64,000 bases of DNA from Owenia fusiformis (lineage: Eukaryota): NCBI GenBank assembly GCA_903813345.2, contig CAIIXF020000001.1, positions 35,712,001 through 35,776,000 of the forward strand. The letters are read 5' to 3'. Below, piece after piece: positions 14,001 through 26,000 of the stretch. The first letter of the stretch is position 1, and each line of letters begins with the position of its first letter. Below the pieces are notes generated by a model. That model ran no database searches. It saw only the letters and a list, made by a program, of their open reading frames with translations, and was not told the DNA's origin. The position numbers and the translations under genes were made by a program.

Positions 14001-17000
14001 CCTATCTTCAATATCTATCTTGCGTTTCTTTGATCTGGGCATTATTCACCATTACCACTTCTAACATGTCTCATCAGATCGACTTTTGCATATGTGACAA
14101 TAAAATAGCCTGACTTGTATTGTGCTGTCATATTGGAATTACACTATCATAATGAACACATCATGTACTCGTAAGCGGTGCACACAAGCTGCAAAAATTG
14201 GCCAACATTTCACCAATAAGCAACATTGAGCTCTATCTACATGACTCTGCTAGAGCAGCTTCAGCCTTTGAAGTTGACATTAGTGTTTAGAAGTTAACAT
14301 TTTGAACAAGAAGTGCCCCCCCCCCCTTTTTCAGTTACATAATCGTGTGAAGTGTCAACACTTAATTTCTTATAGTTTTTCCAAAATTTCAATTGCAAAT
14401 ATGTTCAAAATAATGTACCTATATCAAAAATCATAAATGCTCATGAATAACCAAGACTTTAACCCAGAGGGAGAGATATTGGTCGTTACCATTGAAAAAA
14501 GCCCAAAATGATAGAGCTTGCGTTTGCATAATTATTGCATTTTCTATAAGTATATTATAATAGCTCCATTTTGGTACCACTTACAGCTTTCAATTCTCAA
14601 AACTGTGGAAGTTATTGTACTTTCAAATGATTAACATCAACTCTTTCTCAAGAAATGCCACGCCCCTTTTCAGTAGCATAATCATGTAAAGTGTTATAAC
14701 TTAGTGTCTGACAATGTTTTTTCCAAAACTTTCAATTGCAAATATGTTCAAAATTAATGTACCTATATATTTAAATTCATTTATGTTCATGGATGACTAA
14801 GACTGGTCACTCAGGCAGCAAGGTATTGTGCGATACCGTTGTAAAGAGGCAAAAATTATGATTAATGATGTCACATTTTATGCAAATGAGACTATTTGCA
14901 TAATTATTAATCTCATAATATGGGATACTATAATAGCTTAATTTTGGTACCACATACAGCTTTCAATTCTCAAAACTGTGGAAGTTATTGTACTTTGAAA
15001 TGATTAACATCAATTCTTTCGCAAGAAGTGCCACGCCCCTTTTCAGTTACATAATCATGTGTCTGACAATGTTTTTCCAAAACTTTCAATTGCAAATATG
15101 TTCAAAATTAATGTACCTATATATTTAAATTCATTTATGTTCATGAATGACTAAGACTGATCACTTAGGCGGAAAGGTATAATGCAATACTGTTGTAAAG
15201 AGGCAAGAATTATGATTGATGATGTCACATTTTATGCAAATGAGGCAATTTGCATAATTATTGCATCTGATAATATAGGATACTATAATAGCTTCATTTT
15301 GGTACCACTTACAGCTTTCAATTCTCAAAACTGTGGAAGTTATTGTACTTTGAGATAATTAACATCAACTCTTTCAAAAATTCAAGATGGCCGACAAGAT
15401 GGCCGCCAATGGATACCATGGGACAATATTTCATTCTGGGAACATGCAAAAATCTTTAGTTTGGACCTTTAGGATTACAAAAATGTACATTAAAAAAATA
15501 CATCTTTCGGGTGCATGGGAACCCCTCCTTCCTACCCGTCTACAGTACCCACGGTACTAATTTTATATTTGTTTTGTAGATGTAAATGGATATTGTCCCG
15601 TTACGCCTTCCAGCGACTGTTCATGCTATGAAATGCATTGGGCAAGTAAGTTTGACTTACATATTTACGTCTTAATGGTACTGTTGCCCGCTTGTAAATC
15701 ACTGTTGACTGTATGCTATGAAGCGCTGCTGACCACCACTAGTGTATTGTTGACCCTACTGAGATACTGTTGACTGTTCCCAATACTTTATTGGTTGGAT
15801 TTTAGGAAAGCATGGTTCAGCTTTTATTAGCATTATTAGCACTGAATACTATGCTGGCAATTTTAGTTACGATACGCACAGCAGAATTCTTCCTTAAGAA
15901 GATGATGTACACCAATTGCAAATATCTTACCAAACGAGCTTGTTTAAAATATGTATTAGAAAACCAGATATAGAACTACTAATAGTTATTGGATATCCTA
16001 TGATTTTGAGGAATATCATTTTTATCTACGAGGTGGTATTGATATCTGCACGAGAGAGCGAAGCGAACGAGTGCATATATCAATATCACCGAGTAGATTA
16101 AAATGATATTCTGAAAAAAATCATAGGATGTTCTTATTATCCTACACTTACAAGGAGTGTACTGAATGTATAATATCATTGTAAAATTAATTCCATGCCA
16201 AATAGAGTCAATTTGGCGGGAAATCAACAAGCGGAGACTATCGTCACAATATCCTCCGCATATTGGGTTTTCCGGAGTATATCGTCACGATATCCTCCGC
16301 CCGGAGTATATCGTAACGATATCCTCCGGATATTCATTTTGCCAATAAATATCAAATTTATTTTTTCATGTTATTATACATTTAGTACACTAAGTGTAGG
16401 ATAATATCTTATATGCTGCAAAGCTATTAGCCCATGGTTTGAAATTTCTCGGACGCCTATAAACTATATGTCAACAATCTTTTCAAAATGTTGGACCTAT
16501 TTACTCAAAAGAGGATCTTCCTTTTCTGTTTTTTATTGCATGAAAAGATTATTCAACAAGGGGTCTAAAACTTCTTCAAATGTAGAATTATTGAACGTCT
16601 AATTTTGAAGATATCAATTATGCTGAAAACAATGGATAGCATAGGATATGTGGTTTTTAGCTTGACAAGCAGACATAATGAATCAGTCCTAGAAATAAAA
16701 AAAAATTGTTACCAATGTGTTCATTTCAAAATAGTGGATTCCATCATCCAAACAATCTTTGGACTTACAAAGCAATTTTAGACTGCTCTGTTGAAATTGT
16801 ATAAGGAGAGTGTAAACTTTGGATGTACTGTTGATTGTGACCAAACGACCAAACGAACAGAATAATTTTGTATCATCATTTGAGGTTGTTTTTAGAAAAG
16901 CTATTTTTTATAAAAAATATCTAGCATACTGTGTATGAACGTGAAACGTGAACTCTATATTAAGAAGTCAATTGATGGAAGTTCTATACAGGTTGTACCT

Positions 17001-20000
17001 TGTGATAATTACACTATATAGATCCACTTCCATTTTGTATTTTCCGATTTTTATTTCAGGAGATTTGACAGATTCACTTAACAGAGGTATGAGGCACCAA
17101 TGTCTGGGTCAGACACCAATACCCGGTGCAACAGGCATTTTTGCAAGCCTTGCAGCCTGTGACAGTGCCTGTGAAGCAGATTCTCTGTGTAAAACGTATA
17201 ATTACAACTTCAAAACATTGCAGTGTGATGGGTGGGGGCACATAGGTTGTACCGCTGACAATTCTCTTGATGCATCAAATTATTGGTTCTTCCCATCTAC
17301 CCAAAGGAGTAAGTAGCTTTTGTACCACAATGGTTCTATATGTAGTCAAGAAAAGGGCATCATTTGAAAAATAAAGTAACTATAAATAATATGCGGTACT
17401 ACCTTGTAAAACCAATTTTTCTATTGTGACTGAATTCAAAAATCTTTTCTCTTAAACCAATTATTGAAAACATTCTGTAAAAAACACGGTCCTTTTTGTA
17501 ATGTTGACTGATTGGCAACAATTTAATGCAAAAATTATTTATATAGTACTATATTTTATATAACTGTTTTTGTTAACATTTTTTGTTTTACTGCACTTGT
17601 TTTTTGTTCCTTTCTACCAATTCTTGAGAATGAAATAAAATGTCTTTCCGAACCTTGTTGGAACAAAATAGCATATACAACATTTTCTTAGACCTCTCAA
17701 TATTATAGTTATACAAAGGAAATTTTTGTTGATTTAACAAAAAGTATGTAAAAACTTAAAACAAAACCCCCCAAAATAGCTAAACATTAAGATTAACCTT
17801 TTATTTCATTAACAAGATACTTTTTTAAAGCCAACCAAACTTTCCTTTGTGCACGTTGTGTTTATGTCGTTTTGTTCCAATGAGGTTCGGATAGATGTTT
17901 CATTTCATTCCGAACATATGATACCAATAACAAAAGGAGTGTTTGATGTGTTTTCTAAAACCATATAGAAAAAAGTATCTATATATATTTCAAATTATAA
18001 TGTTACCATCCAAAAGATTAAATTGAAGATGTGTAAATTTTTCAGAATGTTTTGATTCCTGGTTTAAGAGAAATGCCTGTCCAAAAGTTCACAATATCGA
18101 TACCACTCCTTTATTGTGTCGAAGAGTGTGTAACTTTGTTAAATACAGTCAAGGATGCGTAGGCATTTTTATTTTAGTGCGATATCACATAGTCACCTTG
18201 TAGACCTTGGTGAGGTTTTCATTGTTCACGATTGAACGAGATATAGTTAGAATCTTCATAACCCTGGCGGAATAAACTTTTATAAGCATTATAAGTACTG
18301 AATTCTATGCTGGCAATTTTGTTTTCGAAGCACAATATAATTCTTCTTGAAGATGATGATACACACCGGACATCTTACCAAACAAGCTTGTTTGAAATAT
18401 GTGTATCAGAAACCAGCCCTAGAACTACCAATGATATCTTATATGCTGCATCCCCTTCTTCTATAAAGCATAACCACTGAAGACGAACGGCTGAAATTTC
18501 TAGGACAATAAAAGAGCTGGTAGCACACTGTATTCTTGTTCCAAGTGTACTTCACTTCATTCTATTTGAGGAATAAATGAAGCCTTTTCAAGAGCGAAGG
18601 ATGGCACACTATAGCGCATCGATATTTGACCGAAGATTAACATATCTACGTATTGGTATCTACTTTCATTATATCCGCTAAATATACCAATTCCCATTTT
18701 TCACAATTTGAAGTACATAATATTACAGAGAATCATATTAAAGCAATTCTAAATAATGTATGTGTTAAATAACTTTCTCAGCTATAAATGTGAGGTTATT
18801 TTTCTCAAAAATACACAATATTGTAACCGGACGAACGGGGAGGGAATGGGACTTTTTGACAGAATCTAATAGATCAAGTACAGGGTGGTCAAAACAAAAC
18901 TAGAAACCCTAATACCATTTTCCTAATATCTTTGTCATTTTAAGAAATAACTTTGCACATTTGTACATCACTCAATTTCCTATTTGCCTACCTAATTTCA
19001 TGACCATCAGATTAATAGTCACAGTGTTACAGCAAGAACATTCCCGGTGGCCACTATTGCGCTGAAGACCAACCTGTACATGTCGTTAAAAATGTCCCTA
19101 CCTATGGGAACATGGTAGAGATAGAGTGTATAAGAATGACCTCAGGACAATTGCAGACCTCAAAAGTAAGATCATCTGTATCATTCAGGCCATACCTGCT
19201 GAGGAATGCATTTGGATCATTGACAACTGTGCAGGTTTGCCTACAGCGCAATAATGCCAAACCTGAAGCATGTTGTTCAAAGTGCTGTAAAATTGTGACT
19301 ATCAGTCTGATGGTCATGAAATATGGTAGGGTAGTAGGAAATTGAATTATTCACAAATATGTGAAATATCAGGGAGTAATTTCTTAAAATGGCAAAGATA
19401 TGAGGAAAATGCAGGGTTTCCATTTTTTTGACCACCCTGTAAAACATGCAACACACATTCAACATGACAAGTGATATATAACATATGTACAAGGTTTATT
19501 TATTTAAAATCAATCAATAGGACATTGCAATCAAAGCAGTATTATTTATTGCACTGAGTATTTATGACAAACAAGTTTAATCTAATCAGAAATGTAAATG
19601 TCTAAACAAGAATGTCTTTTAAACTAATACTGAAATGTCTGTACAAAATGTCTATGAAAATATAATAAAAGCTATGCGAGACGATATAAGGCACTTGGTT
19701 GTGGGAAATGGTCCTTCAAGTGGGCGTGGAAAGTTCTGCTCGAGATGGCGGGGAACTTGGCTGACTGTGTGTTGAAATTCCACGGTGATAGTTTCTTCGA
19801 TCAGCGAATTCCAGCTGCTACGGCACCCCAACGGACTGCTGTAGATGCACAGCTTACGAATCCTTTATCTTAGGTTGCTCATTGCTGTCTATCGTCGTTG
19901 ATGAAGTCTCTATCCCGATGTCACATCTAGTCCATAAACAGGAATCCTTTCACCTAGAAAATGTGCATAGCCCTACCTTCTAGTCGTGCCTCCAGATATC

Positions 20001-23000
20001 GTCTGATGGATATCATCCGAACTCCCGCTTTCTGCGGTCCCTTTCAGAAATATGCTAGCAAGCATTTAACCAATCATGTTGCAGTTACCCAAGCTTGCTG
20101 GGATGCCATTGGTCTATTATATTACCGAATGATGCGTGTCTCGCGTTCGAATTGCGTTTTCAGTCGTGGTTTGCTTCTTCGTAGTTACAAAACCGGTTTA
20201 TTTCCAATTAGTCTACCACACAGGATTCATATGTAAAGTGTTGCTCCGTTTTTGTCTTTCAGTGAAATAGACTTAAAATTATCATACTACCGCAACTGCA
20301 AAAGCTTTATGCATTAATAATTTGGTTAAGCAGACCGTTACAATATCAATTAAATTTACTCACTTCGAGAGCCATGTTAGATTTTGAAACTTATTGCTCT
20401 CAAACGGAGAAGTGAACAGCTGATCAATAGTGACCTTTGAAATTGAATTAAATCGATCCGCGGCTTACTTTTGGTGTCTTACTGTGTCTTACATCAGTAT
20501 CATCAATCCGTGTAAGTATTGGAGCGCTAGAGTACTTCTTTTTCGATCAAGACTTGTAAATTGTTCATCGAGTTAAAGTTTTACAGACCTATTTCCAATA
20601 TGGCGGTTTGCTAGGTGCGAGATACGCAACGAACGAAATGAATTTTGAGAATTAGTTAGGTTCGGACAACCTCCGGAGATTTACGAAAATGTCCGAGCAG
20701 AAACCGCCATATTGGAATTTGGCAGTAAACGATTCAATCGACTAACAATTACAAGTCTTGATCGAAAAAGAAGTACTCCAGCGCTCCAATACTTACACGG
20801 ATTGATGATACTGATGTAAGACACAGTTAGAGACCAAATGTAAGCCGCGGATCGACTTAATTCGATTTCAAAGGTCACGATCATTGAGCTGTCCAAATGC
20901 TCCGTGGGAAAGCTATTATATCAAAATCCAAATAGCTTTCGCAGGAAGTAAAATTAAATGACCCCAATCTCAGTTTATGCAAGTGTCTCCAAACACTATT
21001 TCAATTTTCATTAATTATCTTTAATCCCCCCAAAAATGAATCAGATCTATAAAAGTCTTTACGGCTTTGATAAAGTTTTCTTATATTTTTTAATTTATTT
21101 GTTTTTCAAAGGAAATTAGAAAAATAATTAGAAAATTAAATTCTTGAATTAAAAAAACATGTTTTATTAATTTTTTTATTTAAAATACGCATTTTGTAAA
21201 TTCTCATTAGTTTGTTGTCATTTAAAGATAATATTAAATTTGTAAAAGAAGTTCTTTTTAAAACTTCGTAGGTTCCTTAAATTCTGCGTGATTTCTACAG
21301 ATTGTGAGGCCTACACAAAAATATCAAGTGGCAGAAGGCTCCTTAGCATACGTGTTTACATTTCATTTGTTTTAATATGTGTTTATTTCCAGCGGAAACT
21401 GTTACTTACTATGACCCATATACAACATGCTATTGGATATCTGACTCCTCGGATACTCAGTCATTTGCCGATGCTCAAGCAAAATGCAAAGCCTTGGGTG
21501 GACAACTTGCCGAAATTGATCTACCGGATGAACAAATATTTTTAAAACATAATCCACCTCCAAATAATGTCGGGTATGTAGATAAAATCACGATTATTAG
21601 AAGATATCCTATTTTATCTGCATCTGATCTTTATTGAATTCGTTTTAGGCTTCATCTACACTTTTCAATGTTACATTTTGTCAAAACGCGTCCGATGAAC
21701 AAGAAGGCTATTTCTGTAAATCCTAACTAGAACGATTAAGATCTTAACCTTAGTTACTTTTCCTTGGACATTCGGCTTTCATATTTCGAGATATAATATA
21801 TCTTTGGGCAGTTGAGTTCACATACGATATAGGAAGTATTCATATATCAGATTGCTGAGCTTGTATATCCAACATGCTTGATATGGTCAAAATTTCAAAG
21901 CCTAATAGTCTATAATGTCCACGACAAAATAGTTTGATCCGATAGAGATATCAAAATCTACACTTACCATTCCCCTTTTTGAAAGAAATAACAGACACCT
22001 TCTCCCGAAACAGCCACATTTTAAATTGAGTGTACATTCTTTTGATATGAAAAAATTATGTTAAAGTCTATTTGTATTAACTCCAAGGAAAGTATATGAA
22101 AAAACAATAAGACGGATATATAACAACTTGAGGTAGAATCAGAACTAACGAGGCTTTTTTCGAAAGTTGTTCTTCGAAAACGGTAGGGCATACCATTTAG
22201 ACTTTAATTTTGTTAGGAAACTTTATGGCCAGAGGATTACTCTAGCAAAATTAAGAGGGTTTAGTTAATAGGCTTTACTGAAAAAACTAATCAGAAGTTT
22301 TGATATTTGATGTGAATATTCCGTGGTTTTGTGGTGTATGGATTGTGATAAAGGTTCCGGGGTTGCAGAATGGGTTGCAGATATAGCTTTGATTTCCTTA
22401 TGGTTGTTTACACGCCCGGTGATCGTACAAAATGGATGGAGGGGGGATTAGGCGATTTTTGCAAGAAAACTCAACAAATTTGGAAGATTTATTTTTTCAA
22501 GAGAAAATTTACAACTGAATTGCCAAATGAATAGGTGCAGTGCATGGCAAAATATGTAAGGTCATCTAGTATTCTTTTGAACTGATACCCTTCTATAATG
22601 TGAAATTTACAACTGAATTGCCAAATGAATAGGCGCAGTGCATGGCAAAATATGTTAGGTCATCTAGTATTTTTTTGAACTGATACCCTTCAAATATATG
22701 AGATCTATTTAAAAGGCGCATCATCAACAACGTGCAAAAGTCAATGTTGAAGGGTATCAGTTCAAAAAAATACTAGATGACCTAACATATTTTGCCATGC
22801 ACTGCGCCTATTCATTTGGCAATTCAGTTGTAAATTTCTTTTGAAAAAATAAATCTCCCAAATTTGTTGAGTTTTCTTGCAGAAATCGCCTAATCGCCCA
22901 TCCATCCATTTTGTACTATCACCGGGCGTGGTTTACGCTGTATTGTTTTTGCATATCGCGTTTTGTGCTACTTTTTTATCAGTAATTAACTAATTATAAA

Positions 23001-26000
23001 TAATGAACAAAGACCATGGCTGTATTTTTTATACCCGCGGTGCAAGTGAATTGCGTAATATTTTAATGGGTTTTCTCCCCGGATATCGCTAAAAAGAACA
23101 ATAAGCCCTGCAATGCAAATTATATGCTCATGTGTTTTCAACAAAAATAGCTCATCCAAGCGCACTTACACGTACATAATTCTATTCAAAAACACCAAGG
23201 TTTATTACAATCGAACTCCTGTCGTACACTGCACTAGCAACTAGCCGACGCTGTTGACATACGCGGTTAGCCAAGGTTCACATCGTAATTAGCGGTTTAA
23301 ATGTGCTTGGATGAGCTGTTTTAGTTGAAAAGGTGTGAACATGTAATTTGCATCACAGGGGCTTATTGATCTTTTTCGTGATACTTATTAGGTAAAAACC
23401 CAGCCCAAATAAGACCGCATATTGGCCAAATAAAGGCGTGGATTACTTTGGATGTTGGATGAACAAAGCTCTGGAAAAATTAAAAACATCTCACCATCCG
23501 TTTACTAAATAAGCAAAGCATTTGTCGAGACCAGTAACCTGAATACCTATCACTGCCAGTTTTGCATTGACACAAATGGTACGAGACTCCTATGTTTTTA
23601 TCCTTTATCCTTTTTAAAGATATGTTTGGATTGGTCTGTCCAATGATGCCAGTGTTCATGGAAGCCTTGGCTGGAATAACGGAACAGCCCCAGACTTTGT
23701 CAGCTGGGCAGGTTCTGAACCAGCTCTTAGTAGCTATTGTGTGAAAGCAGATACCAATGATGAATTCAAATGGGTCACAGAGCCTTGTTCTACATCTCTT
23801 CCATATATGTGTGAGATAACGGAAGGTGAGTTATTGCTGGGATTCAAAGTGTAATAAATAATAATTTTAGTGCAGTCCTAAATATAAGTATAAATATTAA
23901 TATATTTAACATACTTTAAAAAATCCGTATTCTAGTATCACTGTCTTGTATCTTACGATAATATGTATGTACACTTACTCAATGTTTATGACATAATTAT
24001 GTTTCTCATTGAACAAAGTTCGCGTCGCCGACTTCGCTTTTTACTTTTACACGTATGCCAGGAAATAGAGAGTTTAAGCAAGCGATACTTTTCAAAGCCA
24101 AAAAATCAATACTATACAAATATTGAATTCTGTGGAGTTGAATATCTGTGTATTTAATATCTGTATATATTTCTGAAGGTGTATTCACCGCAGTCCGAAT
24201 GGAATATGACATTACCATTACTTGGTCATATAGATCCTGAACCAGGTTTGAATACATTATTTTTCACCATTTTTATAATATGATTAATTTTATAGCACAA
24301 GGTGGTACACATAAAATAGACTGGCGACATTGGCTAGGGAATATTTTTGAAAAGGTGATAATGTGAAAATGATCGTTTCTATCATTTAACAAGAAGCTGA
24401 GATCATCTTGTGTCTACACTTTATTTGGGATGTTACGTATAAGAAATGCTAGATAATGACACACACTATCCTGATTTTTATAACGTAAATGATGACTATG
24501 AATTGGCCTATTCAAGTACAAGTACATATAAAATATGTGAACTGAGAAATCATATATTACATACGTGCTAGGTAGATATATACTATTTGTATACATATCA
24601 AAAATTCATGTCAGTAATGTTAATACTGAGACTGAGCCTTGAGACACCAAATGTGCCGAGTTAATTGAGAATGGGTGTATACCCTGTTTACGAAAACCAG
24701 TTCAGAAAGTCAGACACTTGACAACAGAAATCACTGCAAAATTTAGGGCTATCCTAAGAGAGGGATGTGTCTGCGTAATTAAAAACTTTACGTGTCGCTG
24801 CTGTTACGCGGAATATGGCAGATATTCATGGTTGTGCGGTATTTGTGATACGGGAGAATATACCATACTTACCTGCATATTCCGCAGGTGAGTATGGCAT
24901 TTTCCACAGTGAATATGCAATGCAATGATTACAGTGAATACCAGATACTCACCTGCGGAATATGTAATAATCACCTGCGGAATATGCCATATACCGCAGG
25001 TGAGTATGACATATACCGTAAGTAAAAACGTGATACATAACTTCTCGATTTGATTGGTCGTGAGAATCGACTCTTAATGTAAAACTACGCTGAATTACTA
25101 ATATTGTTACCCTACTATCACACCAAACGAAAACGGGCTTCTCGAAAACGGGCTTCAACTGTGTACGAACGGACTGGACGTACTTAGAACCGTTTGGGAT
25201 CTATTTACAAACTTCATCGAACGTACTTGAACGGGTAGGTCCTCTAGAACTTAGAACATGCTCAAAATGCTCTCGTGGTCGTCACATTCTACAATTAGAA
25301 CGAGTGACAACGTACTACCAACGAGCTGGACGTACTACGAACGGAACTGTCGTAATTCAATCCTACTAGGGACGTTTGAACTGTCTGAGGACGTATTGAG
25401 AACGAGGTAGAACTAATTGCAAACGGGTTTAAACTGATTAAGAACGTATTAAAGACTACTTATGAACGAGTTAGCAAAAATATATTTATCACACCAAACA
25501 AGTTGCCATTGCGTTCTTCAAAGCTTGTTTTAAACTGTGTGCAAACGAAATGAACGTAGCTGCAACTTTCTATGAACTATTTACGGACTTCATGAACGAA
25601 TTTTGAAATGATTGAAAATTCGATGGCGACCATACCGTTCTGTAATCAGGTCATGATAACCTTCTAGACTAAGGGACGCGTTATACGATGTTGCACACCG
25701 AAGTGATGCGACATGAACGAACTGCGAATGAGATGGACGTATTGAAGACTGTTTATGAACAAAGTAACTAATTATTTTAGACATATTTCCCAACCACAGC
25801 CAGAAAGAGCCCATTTTACGACGTTTTCGTAGGACTGGCAAGAACGGAAGAACTAGTTTGGTGTGATAGGGGGGTTAGCGCTTCGAGTGCTAAAATGTTG
25901 ACAGATACAGGATACGATTTTGTATAATTGTAAAAAGTGGTTCTTCAACAGGAGGTAACAGCCTAACCAGAGTCCACCAGAAAATAATATTTTAGTAGCT

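Larger units (their letters stand above)
10197..15542. mobile_element. 5.3-kb non-autonomous DNA transposon with ~0.9-kb modular TIRs, Academ-like
   Basis: CAG|TAGTCTAGTAGGAAGG...CCATGCACCCGAAAG at left and CTTTCGGGTGCATGG...CCTTCCTACCCGTCTA|CAG at right: TAG...CTA termini with a 3-bp TSD. Arms are built of ~355-bp subunits (2 left, 3 right). Confidence 0.8.
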
